Source: an uncultured Verrucomicrobiae bacterium
GTDB taxonomy: Bacteria; Verrucomicrobiota; Verrucomicrobiia; Chthoniobacterales; JAFAMB01
Length of the DNA stretch: 64,000 nucleotides
Reading direction: 5' to 3'
Assembly (NCBI GenBank): GCA_963762565.1
Contig: CAVXLD010000013.1
Span: forward strand, 64,001 to 128,000
A program made the position numbers and the translations under genes. The notes beneath the pieces were generated by a model. That model did not search any database and was not told where the DNA came from. It saw only the letters and a list, made by a program, of their open reading frames with translations. Shown here one piece after another: positions 18,584 through 28,927 of this stretch. How positions within the stretch are numbered: the first letter of the stretch is position 1; each line of letters begins with the position of its first letter.

Positions 18584-19699
18584 TCACCCTACAATTACCT
18601 CAATTGGAAGCAGGTGATTAATCACGTAGGTGTCGTAGTTCTCGTCATGCTTGTCAGGCTGAACGTGGCCATTGGCATCTTTGGCGCGGGAGAGCAATGT
18701 GTACTGCCCCGGCTTCTTCGGCGTAACCCAATCAAATTTCCAACGTCGCCACGCATAACGTTGAACAGAATCTATGAATTCTGCCTGGCCCCAGGTTTGG
18801 CCATTGTCAGTGCTTACCGAAACCTCTGTTACTTCGGTTTCACCGGTCCAGGCAGCGCCATACACTGTGTATGCCTGGTTCGGCGGAATCGTTTCATAAA
18901 CAGCTGGTCGAAAGATCTCGGACTTCAGCTTCATTTCCCCCAGCGGCCGTCGCACTGGTTTTTTATCCACATAATCCCAATACCCGTAATCTGATGTCTG
19001 CCAGTAACCCTGAAATGGTTCGCGTACAGCGTAAATCCTGGTCAACCACTTCACGGAAGCCATTGCATAATGACCCGGGACAATCGCGCGTACCGGGTAT
19101 CCATGATCCTGGGAGAGATCACGGCCGTTCATCTGGTAAGCGACCAGTACTTCTCGCTGAAGTGCTTTTGCTCTCGGCAAACTACGGGCATACGACACCT
19201 TTCCGGGAGGTAGCGCACCTTCCTTCGGTACTCCGCGATCAGCTCCTTCGAGCACGATCTCGCAAGCATCTTCTTCCAAACCGGCGCGCTCCAACAAAAC
19301 AGACAGAGGCACCCCGGTCCATGCTGCATTCCCGACTGCGCCGAGTTCCCACTGGGCGCCTTGAACCTGCGGAACGAGGAAGACCCGACTATTGCCGGCG
19401 CATTCCAAGATAGCGACGCGAGTCTCGGCCGGCATGTCTCGTAATTCCTGATAAGTTAGTGATAACTTACTCTTAACCGCGCCATCGATTTGCAGCCGGT
19501 AAGAAGCCACTTCTAGTCTCGGAGCCGCGGCGTGACTGCGCACGTAGAACAGCTCCGTCGGAATCAAAAACGAATCAACTTGGTCGACGGGAGTCTCCAG
19601 ATTGTTCGGCTCCTTCTGGCGAATGATAAGGCCGCTTGAAAAGGATTGCCGAGCTTTCTTGATTTCGTCTCTGGTGTAGTGCTTTTCGCTATTTTCCAT
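18584..19699 (-). CDS. Sulfite oxidase family molybdoenzyme (Mo domain + dimerisation domain)
   Basis: FYVRSH, LECAGNSR, GAVGNAAWTGV, HGYPVRAIVPGHYAMASVKWL. Confidence 0.9.
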   Translation of the reverse strand: MENSEKHYTRDEIKKARQSFSSGLIIRQKEPNNLETPVDQVDSFLIPTELFYVRSHAAAPRLEVASYRLQIDGAVKSKLSLTYQELRDMPAETRVAILECAGNSRVFLVPQVQGAQWELGAVGNAAWTGVPLSVLLERAGLEEDACEIVLEGADRGVPKEGALPPGKVSYARSLPRAKALQREVLVAYQMNGRDLSQDHGYPVRAIVPGHYAMASVKWLTRIYAVREPFQGYWQTSDYGYWDYVDKKPVRRPLGEMKLKSEIFRPAVYETIPPNQAYTVYGAAWTGETEVTEVSVSTDNGQTWGQAEFIDSVQRYAWRRWKFDWVTPKKPGQYTLLSRAKDANGHVQPDKHDENYDTYVINHLLPIEVIVG

Positions 19700-20418
19700 A
19701 TCCTAATCCTCAATTGTTCACCCCGAATCGAAGCTGCTGTCTGATGGCTAAGGCCAAAGCAAATATGCTCATCTAAGAGGTGGGCTATCCGACAAGCGGC
19801 GGGAAGTTCTGGCGCGTCGCAAAGCTTTCGGCTTCAGCAGAACAAATCCGCGAACATGGCAAATTCTCCCGCTCTCGCGAATCAGTGTAGCCCGCTGGCT
19901 CGATATTGGATAGTAGGCTCGGACGGTTGCTGTTTGAATTATCATCAGGATAACCACTCCTTCCTTAGGAGTTTCGACAATTAGTAGTTTGGCATCGCGT
20001 GCGCTGGATTGCTATGGCTCAAAAGCAGGCTTATTGACTGCTCGGAAGGAGGATATGAGAGCGACCGAGCCGGAGCCGTCGAGGAGGAAAATGACAAATG
20101 ACAGATTTGAAAGCCGGCCGCGGCCGGCGCCTGCCAAAGGCATAATTCGGGAGGTCAACCCGCGCTTATCGGCAATGCTTGGAGTGTCCAGTTCGCGGAA
20201 ATTGAATCGGCGACAGAATCCCACGGAACGGCTAAAATCCGGCGCGAAAGTGTCGCTCCCAGATGGCAGATCCCGGGCGCGCCGAGCCGCCGTCGCTACG
20301 CTTTGGCGCGCCCTAACCTCTCGGCTTGACACACCATGAATCCAGCCGTGCCGAAGGTCTTGCGAAGTCGGGATTTTCGCCCTACCCGACGCGGCCCTCT
20401 CTTGCTCTGCGCACAGTC

Positions 20419-22749
20419 TTACTGGGACGGCGAAGGTTTGATCTCGACGACAAGGTGCTTCATCAGAGGCTGGTCGCTCTGAGCACTATAGTCGCCGATG
20501 GGACAAAGCACGTTCAGCTCCGGCATGTAACCCATCGCGCTACCCCGTGGTAGGTTATAGGGAATGGCGCGATATCCGCGCACATAGCGAGTGGAACCGT
20601 CCTTCGCAAAACTCGTCACGTCCACGAGGTCATATTTAATCAAGCCGCGGTCCTTCATGTCGTCCTTATTCATAAAAACCAACGTGCGCAGATTCTTGAC
20701 ACCCCGGTACCGATCGTCATCGGAATAAATGGTGGTATTCCATTGATCGTGCGAGCGCACGGTCCCGAGAAGCAGACGCCCCGGTTTAGGAGCGGCGTCG
20801 GCCAGCACGGGCGAGGAAAAGTTCGCGCGGCCCGTATCGGTCAGAAAAACTAGCTCGCGGGCTGGCTGCTTTAGCCGGAAACCGAGTGGTTGTCTCACCC
20901 GGCGATTGAAACATTCGAACCCCTCGAGCGCTTCGGCCATCTTGTCGCGAACACGATTGTAGTCGGCCGCGTAGTCTTTCCACGGGGTGGCGGTGTTGGG
21001 CAGAGACGCCTTTGCGATTCCGGCGATAATCGCCACTTCCGAACGCAGATGCGGCGAGCACGGCTGCTTCATGCCATATGACAGGTGCACCATGCTCATC
21101 GAGTCTTCGACAGTGATGCCTTGCAATCCCTCCTTGCCGTGGTCCTTTTCGGTCCGGCCAAGGCAGGGAAGGATCAATGCATCGCGTCCATGGATGAGAT
21201 GGCTGCGATTCAATTTCGTGCTGACTTGAATCGTGAGATCGCATTTCTGAACTGCCGCGAAGCTGTAGACAGTATCCGGCGTCGCCAGAACAAAGTTGCC
21301 GCCCATTCCGACGAAAACCTTCACATCGCCGCGCATCATCGCCGGAATGACCCGAACGGTGTCCAACCCATGCTCCCGGGGTGACTTGATGCCACACGCC
21401 TGGTCCAGACGGGCCAGCCAGCTCTCGTTAGGGCGGTGATCGATACCGCAGGTGCGATTGCCTTGCACATTCGAGTGGCCGCGTATCGGGCACGGCCCCG
21501 CGCCCTCGCGCCCAATATTGCCCCGCATCAGCAGCACGTTCAAGATTTCACGGACCGTGTCGACGGCATGCTCCTGCTGGCTGACCCCCAGACACCATGA
21601 AATGATGGCCGACCTGGATTGGCGATAGACTTCACCCAATGCATGGATCGGCGCGCGCTCCACTCCAGATTGGAGCTCGATGTCTTCCCACGAGGTATTC
21701 TTCAGCAACTTCTGATACGATTCGAAACCCGCCGTATGTCGCTCGATGAACCGCCAATCGACGGCGTTCGGATCCGTATCGGACGCTTCCAGAAGATGTT
21801 TCGCCACACCTCGCATAAGGGCCATGTCGCCGGCGATTCTGGGCTGGATGTTGAGCGTCCCAATCTTGGTCGGGTGGAAGAGCATCATGCTCGGGATCTC
21901 GTGCGGGACGATGGTGCTTCGCGATGCCGCCTCGATGAACGGGTTCACGTGCACGATCTGCGCGCCGCGGCGATATGCCTCCGCCAGCGAGGTCAGCATC
22001 CGCGGTGCGTTCGATGCGGCGTTGACTCCCATAACGATAAGGCAATCCGTCTTCTCCCAATCCACCAAGTCTACCGTCCCTTTTCCGGTGCCGATCCCAG
22101 CATTGAGTGCCCGGCCGCTTGCCTCGTGACACATGTTGGAGCAATCCGGAAGATTGTTGGTCCCCAACTCTCGAGCGAAAAGCTGATAAAGAAAGGTCGC
22201 CTCGTTACTTAGCCGCCCCGAGGTGTAGAAAGCAGCTTGGTTCGGATGATCAAGGCCGCGAATATGCCGCCCCGCGAGTTCGAAGGCTTCATCCCAACTA
22301 ACCGGCACATATTTGTCCGAAGCCGCGTCGTAGCGCATGGGCTCTGTTAGCCGTCCGGCCGCCTCGAGCGCATAATCTGTCCACCCCATCAACTCCTTCA
22401 CAGTGTGCGTTGCGAAAAAATCGCGTTCCACTAATTTGCGCGTCATTTCCCAGGTCGCATGCTTGATGCCGTTTTCGCAGATGTCCATGCGCAATCCCTT
22501 GCGGTCGTCCGGCCATGCGCATCCAGGGCAGTCGTATCCGCCGTTCTCGTGATTCATCTTAAAGACGGCACGAGTGCCGTCGATCAACTCGCCCTGGTTA
22601 ATGAGCACCTTCGAGACGCTAATGGCGGCGCCCCAACCGGCGGCGGGATGGTGATAATCTTCTTGCGAGAAGTCCCCTCCCCGATTGGGCCCAAAGCCGA
22701 TTGCTGGCCTGGTTCCGTTTGATTGATTGGATTCAGTATGTGTGGGCAT
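20419..22749 (-). CDS. FdhF/YdeP family molybdopterin oxidoreductase
   Basis: GYDCPGCAWPD, CENGIK, YTSGRLSNE, GTNNLPDCSNMCHE, RGHSNVQG, RSHDQWNTTIY..DDRYRG. Confidence 0.93.
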   Translation of the reverse strand: MPTHTESNQSNGTRPAIGFGPNRGGDFSQEDYHHPAAGWGAAISVSKVLINQGELIDGTRAVFKMNHENGGYDCPGCAWPDDRKGLRMDICENGIKHATWEMTRKLVERDFFATHTVKELMGWTDYALEAAGRLTEPMRYDAASDKYVPVSWDEAFELAGRHIRGLDHPNQAAFYTSGRLSNEATFLYQLFARELGTNNLPDCSNMCHEASGRALNAGIGTGKGTVDLVDWEKTDCLIVMGVNAASNAPRMLTSLAEAYRRGAQIVHVNPFIEAASRSTIVPHEIPSMMLFHPTKIGTLNIQPRIAGDMALMRGVAKHLLEASDTDPNAVDWRFIERHTAGFESYQKLLKNTSWEDIELQSGVERAPIHALGEVYRQSRSAIISWCLGVSQQEHAVDTVREILNVLLMRGNIGREGAGPCPIRGHSNVQGNRTCGIDHRPNESWLARLDQACGIKSPREHGLDTVRVIPAMMRGDVKVFVGMGGNFVLATPDTVYSFAAVQKCDLTIQVSTKLNRSHLIHGRDALILPCLGRTEKDHGKEGLQGITVEDSMSMVHLSYGMKQPCSPHLRSEVAIIAGIAKASLPNTATPWKDYAADYNRVRDKMAEALEGFECFNRRVRQPLGFRLKQPARELVFLTDTGRANFSSPVLADAAPKPGRLLLGTVRSHDQWNTTIYSDDDRYRGVKNLRTLVFMNKDDMKDRGLIKYDLVDVTSFAKDGSTRYVRGYRAIPYNLPRGSAMGYMPELNVLCPIGDYSAQSDQPLMKHLVVEIKPSPSQ

Positions 22750-22801
22750 GTACAGGTTGGGTTGGTTGGAGGTTTCGATCGGTTCGGCCGGCCTTGAGGC
22801 G

Positions 22802-23075
22802 TCAACGGTGTTCTTGGCCTTTGAAAATTTGAAAGAGGTAAAAAAGAGATGGCAGCAGGACGACCGCACCTGCTCCAAGGGCCAGCAATAGAAGCTTTAG
22901 GGTCGATTCTGGTGCAGCGGCGGCCGGATTCAGCATTGCAGTGATTGGATCAATATTGACTACCTGCCCTTTGACAACGTCAAACCCGGCCGGCGCGTTC
23001 ATCCAGGAGTTTGCTAACACGACGAAAACGGCGGAGAGAACACCGCTCACGGCAACCACAATTCCGGCCAGCCAA
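22802..23075 (-). pseudogene. Chimeric cydA-cydB remnant (cytochrome bd oxidase)
   Basis: SAVFVVLANSWMNAPAGF...IDPITAMLNPA (CydA-like) joined in frame to APESTLKLLLLALGAGAVVLLPSLFYLFQIFKG (CydB C-terminus-like). Confidence 0.7.
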
Positions 23076-23555
23076 TGCTATTGCTTTCCATTCATAGTTT
23101 TCTCTGGTCGTGTTGCCGGGGCTTCATGAGAGGGGTGCCGGTTCTCGCATCCGACTCGGGCTATTATCCGCGCTCTGGCATGCTACCCCTCACGCGAAGC
23201 TCCTGCATCAAATTTGCGCCCTCAATTTGCCGAAATAGTGCACCCGATTCTATGGCTACAACAGATGATTATTCACTACTCGATTGAGCTGTGCCGAATT
23301 ACCTCAGGAGAATCAAAAAAAGGCTGCCGTCAGTTAGCATCCTCTTCGAATTTCCGATGAGCTATCCCCATTTCCACGACGGTAACCGTGACCGTCAGCA
23401 GGTTACAACTTGCGTAGACCTGGCCGTGCATGGCGAGTCCGGCGCAGACTTCGCCTCCCTAGCTAAGAAAGGGTGAAGTTGGCTTGAGACAAGTCAATTG
23501 GTCGAGCTTGCCAGTCACTTCAAGGTAAGAAACCGTGGCGGCTGAAACTCTTTCC

Positions 23556-23897
23556 TCACTTCGTTCGGAGAATATCTTCAACCCACGACATTGCTGCCAT
23601 GGTACTAGGAAAACCAATCGTCGTGATTGCCAGCACTCCCACGTGCCGTAGCTCATCGGGAGGACAGCCTACCTCCAACGCACGACGCGTATGACTATGC
23701 ACGGCCCCCTCTCGCAACGCGCCAACGGCGATTGCCAGCTTCACGAGCGCGCGGGTTTTGCTGTCCAACGGTCCAGCTGACTGGGTTGCTTCACCGAGCG
23801 CCTCGACGGCCTGCATCACGGTGGGATAACTCTTCTCGAAGTGCTGATACCGCGCTGGCTTCTGAGTCTTTGATTTTGCAGCGGAAGGCTTTTTCAT
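23556..23897 (-). CDS. Carboxymuconolactone decarboxylase (CMD/AhpD-like) family protein
   Basis: GPLDSKTRALVKLAIAVG...VHSHTRRAL..G....EL......TTIGFP. Confidence 0.85.
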   Translation of the reverse strand: MKKPSAAKSKTQKPARYQHFEKSYPTVMQAVEALGEATQSAGPLDSKTRALVKLAIAVGALREGAVHSHTRRALEVGCPPDELRHVGVLAITTIGFPSTMAAMSWVEDILRTK

Positions 23898-24209
23898 AGG
23901 TTAGTCGGTTACGTTTCAATCCTGCCCAAAAAGGGTATGGGAGCCAATTGGAATTGCAAAAAATGCGTGGTTCTTACGATTCGACTTGCTAACGCCGGCA
24001 TCGCTCAATTGGGTCACGGAGAAACGCTCTTGGGCGCAATGGTTTAACGGCGGGCGCCTGTATAGCTTTGCCTGCGAAGTCGAACCTGGTAGCGACCGAC
24101 AACGGTGGACCCACGACCAGCACCGCAGAGAGTCCGCTTACCTACGAAAAAAACGAAAGTCTTTTGTGACGACAAAACCAGTGCGATAAGTCTAGAAGGC
24201 TCATCACGG

Positions 24210-25667
24210 ATGAGAAGACGACGAATCATTTGCGTCGCGCTACTCGGTTTCAGCGGCGCCTTTGTAGGCATGGCCTTGCGATACGACTACGCCAGCGCGG
24301 ATGTATTGGGCGGGCCGCTTCCTCCTCCAGCGCTGCCGCGGGAAATCATCCGGCTGACCCCAGTGGAAAAACTCGGGCAGTTGATGCTCTACGACAGCAC
24401 GCTGTCGAATCCTCCGGGTTACTCCTGCGCCACCTGCCACGTCCCAGAGACTGGTTTTACCGGGCCCAACTCGGAAATCAACGCGTTCTCAGGCCCACAG
24501 CCAGGAGTCGTGCCCGGGCGCTTCAGCGATCGCAAACCGCAGAGCTATCTTTACGCAGCGTTCAGTCCCGAGGGGCCCTACTATGACCGCGGTCTACGGA
24601 CTTGGCTGGGCGGCAACTTCTGGGATGGCCGGGTGCCGGACTTGGCCGAGCAGGGGCTGCAACCACCCATCAATCCCAACGAGATGGCCAACACCCCTGA
24701 GGGACCTTACCCTCCCGCTATGGGAGGATACAGTCCGCTCCTCGTTCAGAAGCTCGCCAATCGGCCATATACCCCGCTATTCAAGCAGGTGTACGGTGAA
24801 AACGTCTTTCAAGTCGATACCCCGAAGCAGATCTACGAACTTTTCGGTGAAGCACTCGCCGCCTACCAATCCTCGGGAGAAGTCTGTGCGTTCAGTTCGA
24901 AGTACGACGCCTCTAAGTATGGCTCGCCACCGAGAAACCTGTACACACTCTCTGCGTCCGAGGAACGCGGAAGACAATTGTACTTCGGCCAGGCCCAATG
25001 CTTTCAGTGCCACTCCTCTGCAACGGTGCCTGGGATACAGGCCACTACGCAGGGGAAAGACACGTTTACCATGTACTGCTACGCGAATATCGGCGTCCCG
25101 AGGAATCCGGAGAACCCCTACTACCAACAGACCGACAAGCAGTCCAATCCACATGGGTACAACTCACTCGGGACCAAGTACATCGATTACGGTCTCGGAG
25201 CCAACCCCAATCCGGCTCCCGACGGGACCAGGTTCTACAAAGATGTTCCGGGTGACATTCCCGAGTTCCGTGGGCTCTTCAAGGCACCGAGTATGCGCGG
25301 CGAGGATAAGCGGCCGTCGCCGGATTTCGTAAAAGCCTACATGCACAATGGCATTTTCAAGAGTCTCAAAGATGTAATTCGCTTCTACAACAAGCGGAAC
25401 ATTGCCGCGGACGCCAGCGGCAAGGAGATCGCTTTTGATCTCCGGAAAGGCCCTCCGTCCGGCTACACGCCGCTCTTCCCGCCGCCCGAGGTCCTCGACA
25501 ACGTGCAAAACGTCATGGGAATGCCGCCTTCCCAGGCGACAGCCGCCATCGAGTCAAACGGTCAGGTCGGCAATCTCCAGCTCAGTGCCCAACAGGAGGA
25601 GGACCTCCTTAACTTCATCAGGATCCTCTCCGATGGCTATACCAAACCAACCCCCGTCTCCCCCTGA
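24210..25667 (+). CDS. Exported diheme cytochrome c peroxidase/MauG superfamily protein
   Basis: Signal peptide; CATCH and CFQCH heme motifs; GGNFWDGR; NPNEM; FKAPSMR; YMHNG. Confidence 0.88.
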   Translation: MRRRRIICVALLGFSGAFVGMALRYDYASADVLGGPLPPPALPREIIRLTPVEKLGQLMLYDSTLSNPPGYSCATCHVPETGFTGPNSEINAFSGPQPGVVPGRFSDRKPQSYLYAAFSPEGPYYDRGLRTWLGGNFWDGRVPDLAEQGLQPPINPNEMANTPEGPYPPAMGGYSPLLVQKLANRPYTPLFKQVYGENVFQVDTPKQIYELFGEALAAYQSSGEVCAFSSKYDASKYGSPPRNLYTLSASEERGRQLYFGQAQCFQCHSSATVPGIQATTQGKDTFTMYCYANIGVPRNPENPYYQQTDKQSNPHGYNSLGTKYIDYGLGANPNPAPDGTRFYKDVPGDIPEFRGLFKAPSMRGEDKRPSPDFVKAYMHNGIFKSLKDVIRFYNKRNIAADASGKEIAFDLRKGPPSGYTPLFPPPEVLDNVQNVMGMPPSQATAAIESNGQVGNLQLSAQQEEDLLNFIRILSDGYTKPTPVSP

Positions 25668-25779
25668 GGCCCTTGGTGACCTTGAAGCGCACCGGGCAAG
25701 TGTCGTGGGCTGCCCCGCAGTGGCACCAGAAGTTAGCCCAGGGTTTTAACCCTGGGGTAAGTTCTATAGTCCCCTCGGG

Positions 25780-25866
25780 AAGTCCATCTTAACAAAGTTA
25801 GGTGCAGTGGGCAGAACCGAAGCGATTGCGATCGCTTTCGAACGAGGATTGGTCCGGCCTCGTTAG
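25780..25866 (+). pseudogene. C-terminal remnant of a NarL/LuxR-type response regulator
   Basis: Manual translation KSILTKLGAVGRTEAIAIAFERGLVRPR*, matching the last LuxR-HTH helices. Confidence 0.6.
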
Positions 25867-26232
25867 TTGGACTCGATCGGCAGACGCAGCAAAGAAGTTC
25901 TTCCGGGTTTTGCGTGGGATCTTGTGACCGCTGCTAAATGATTCTCCCGGGTCTAGCGCAAGAGTTATCAGGTGACTAGGAAAGAGAATTCTCGGCGCAT
26001 GCCAGCCAAGAAAAAGCCTGCTTTTTCAGGACGCCGCAGTAAGCAGAAAGCGTGAATCATCACGCGGGTCAAAGAAAAACCGCTAGCAGAGACGGCTGGT
26101 CGGGAGAGATTATTAGACATAGCGAGTGATAGCTGACCGTTTAGGCTGTTGGCCGAGCGGGGTTCGCTCTTAGAAAAGTAGAATGGTCGGCGACTATTTT
26201 TCATCTGCTTCCTCGAAGGTAAATTCCGAGGA

Positions 26233-27492
26233 CTACACGATTTCGAGTTTTCCGTCGGGAATCTTGGCCAAGGTCGCCTTATCGAAGCCAAGGTGCGCCC
26301 GGACCATTTGCGCAGGCAGTCGCCGCAGCCATTGGTTAAGTGAGACGTCCTCGAAAACGTCAGTGGCGAGCATCTCCAGGAATACCGCGTCCGTCTCCCC
26401 GGTGTTCTCAATATAATGCGGAGCGTTCGAGGGAACATAGCCGACGTCGTTTGCGTTGAAGTCAACTGTATGAGCGTTGTCGTAGGGGAAAAAGACCGTC
26501 ATCCGTCCCTTGCCGGCGATCCAGTACTGCCACTCCGAGGAGTTCGGATGCCAATGCAGCTCGCGCAACCCGCCGGGCTTGAGCGTAACCAAGGCTGCAG
26601 CGAGTTTGACGAGCGGGAAGTTGCGAGAATCGACGATCCGCACCTCGCCTTTTTCAGTGGCACTGGTCGGAGCCATGGATTTCATCTTGAAAGTGGCTTG
26701 AAAGGACGAGGCCACCGCGCTGCCGCCAATCTCCTCCTTGTCCTGAGCCACCGTGTTGGCTGGCACCGTACCAGGGAAGATATAAAGCGCGTCGGTCGGA
26801 AGCTTGGCCAGGGCCGCGCGATCGAGGCCGAAGTTTTTCATCAGCACCTCGGTTGGCGTGTGCGCCATCCATTCCGAGAGCAGCATGGTGCCGTTTTCCG
26901 AGAAGTCGCCCTGGTTGAACACAAGCAGGAACTCGGTGCCATCAGGCTCGAGTCCCTGAATTGAATGGGGATGTCCGGCTGGGAAAAGCCAGAGGTCACC
27001 TTCGCTAACGTCGCCGATGAACATCTTCCCGTCGGGATTCATCACCGTGACGCGGGCTTTTCCGTACAGCACGTAGGCCCATTCATCGGCAGTGTGCCAG
27101 TGGAGCTCGCGATAGCTTCCGGCAGTCAGGCGCATGTTGACGCCAGCAATATCCTTCGAGGAAGGTAGTACGCGCTCGGTCACCTCATGGGTCCAACCGC
27201 CTTCCTCCACACGCTTCTTGACCAAATCAAAGGAATACCATAACGGAACCACGTCACCATGATCTGTCGGCGGCGGCGTATTCGAATCAGGATTTTCGTC
27301 CAAGAGTGGTTCGTTTTCCGGACCTGGATCACTGGAAGAGTGGTCGTGTTCGGCTGCCCGCGTGCTAGGTCGCTCTTGCCCACGCACTACTGCGGCTCCC
27401 GCTAACGCCGTCATCGCCACGGCTGAGCCGGTCCTCAGAAAGTTCCGGCGCGAAAGCGCTTTCAAAATGATGTCATATTGCTTTGCATTCAT
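26233..27492 (-). CDS. oxdC: Oxalate decarboxylase family bicupin with Tat signal
   Basis: LSRRNFL signal; RELHWHTADEW and RELHWHPNSSEWQY Mn-binding cupin motifs; FSEN lid. Confidence 0.88.
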   Translation of the reverse strand: MNAKQYDIILKALSRRNFLRTGSAVAMTALAGAAVVRGQERPSTRAAEHDHSSSDPGPENEPLLDENPDSNTPPPTDHGDVVPLWYSFDLVKKRVEEGGWTHEVTERVLPSSKDIAGVNMRLTAGSYRELHWHTADEWAYVLYGKARVTVMNPDGKMFIGDVSEGDLWLFPAGHPHSIQGLEPDGTEFLLVFNQGDFSENGTMLLSEWMAHTPTEVLMKNFGLDRAALAKLPTDALYIFPGTVPANTVAQDKEEIGGSAVASSFQATFKMKSMAPTSATEKGEVRIVDSRNFPLVKLAAALVTLKPGGLRELHWHPNSSEWQYWIAGKGRMTVFFPYDNAHTVDFNANDVGYVPSNAPHYIENTGETDAVFLEMLATDVFEDVSLNQWLRRLPAQMVRAHLGFDKATLAKIPDGKLEIV

Positions 27493-28691
27493 ACTGATTT
27501 CGTAATTTCCTGTATTCCAACTCAACCGCCTGCTTCTACCTAACCCGGCGACTGCTTTCTCGCGGAATGACTTAAGCTAGTCAGGCGTCGGCCCCAGCTT
27601 AGGCTCGAACCGTATCTCGGGGCAATGACTCGCACGAGTGGTTAGTATTAACTCCTAATGGTAAGTCCTATAAAGAGATCAAACTACTAACTTGGGCGAT
27701 TATCAACTAACGGGACCTTTACCAGCGATAGCCTTCAGACGACGCGTTAGATCAACGGATGCGTCTTAATTGAATGAGTAGCCCTTTGCCGACGCTCTTG
27801 ATTAGTTCGGCTGCAGCTCCCATGGTTCGGCGGCCATCTTTGCTGCAGAATTTGGGTATTAGCGAGAAGAACCCTGGCGCCTGTCCGCCTTTGGCGGAGA
27901 TCTTATCCAGACCTTTAGGAACGGCCCGCGCGAAACTAGGCCCAGCAATTCAGGCTCGATGTTCCCCAATACCTGGGTCAGCGAACCTGAGGAATCTCTT
28001 TCCCCGTCCGATTGATGACATCGATTAGGTGCTCCCCCGCTTCTGCATCGTGGCTGACTCCGTCGATAATTAATTTCACCATGTAAATAGCGTTTCCAAA
28101 CTCAGGTGCGATTAGTACTCATCCTCAGTTACTTATTTGAGGAGATGCTTGATAACTGTCCTATCTAGCCAATACTGACACCGCTACCCACCGATGCATC
28201 AATTGCGCCTCCGAGTCCTTTTTTTTAGCTCGAAGGCGTAGTCATTTTCGATTGATCGAATTTTCTCCGATAAGACTTTAGAGTCACGGCTGTTCATCCT
28301 CTTGGCGGATGGTGGAAGGGTTCGCGACTAGTAGATTCGTTAGTACTATGAAGATGTCTACAAACCGGTCGGCTGCCGTAATAGCCGAAATGAGTAAGTT
28401 CCTAGTTCTTTCCGGCGCGGTCCTGGCGTTGGTGCTTTGGCAATTTGCGGCGGCGCCAATTCCGAAAGGTTGATATCCGTTTTCGAGGTTTTTCAGGCGA
28501 GCGAAGCGGTTTTGCCTCGCTAGCCAAATCGAGGCTGTCAATGCGTGCGGCCGGGAGCCATAAAGCTCTCGGCCGCCCGCGCGCGGTTCTTCCAGGCTTG
28601 GTGTAGGACCAATCAGGGAGTCGGGCTGCTAAACCATGAAATGGTTAAACAGAACAGCCTAGGGAACACGGGCCGATCGTAAGCCCACGGA

Positions 28692-28901
28692 CCTGGAGGG
28701 GAGCCGCTTTACAAGATGGCAGCTCTATCGGTTGCTAGCAGGCGGCTCCCGGGAATGACCCAGCGCAATGTTTTGCACATCGCGTCTAATGCCCGCAGCG
28801 GATACAACGGCCCATAGAACTGCGACACCTCGAGACGTTCCCGGGAGCCGCCTGCTGCCAACCCATAGAGCTGCAATGCTACAAAGCGGCTCCCCTCCAG
28901 G
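28692..28901. mobile_element. REPIN/MITE-like element with ~64-bp imperfect inverted arms (GGAGGGGAGCCGC family)
   Basis: cctggaggggagccgcttt...cggctcccgggaa pairs with ttcccgggagccg...aaagcggctcccctccagg. The same motif recurs near 45468-45556, 49482 and 58216. Confidence 0.8.
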
Positions 28902-28927
28902 CTCGGTGTGGGTGCAATATTTTCCGT

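Noticed and set aside
19989..20339. ORF with a good RBS before ATG 20054
   Set aside because: Arg/Pro-rich, runs through repeat-like sequence and matches no family I recognise; not excluded, but unsupported.
20419..22878. Selenocysteine formate dehydrogenase, or the longer 819-aa start
   Set aside because: No in-frame TGA; the extension to 22878 overlaps the cydB-like remnant, so ATG 22749 is preferred.
27530..28690. Hidden gene or ncRNA in the 1.2-kb gap
   Set aside because: Only short motif-less ORFs and AT-rich promoter-like tracts; nothing supportable.
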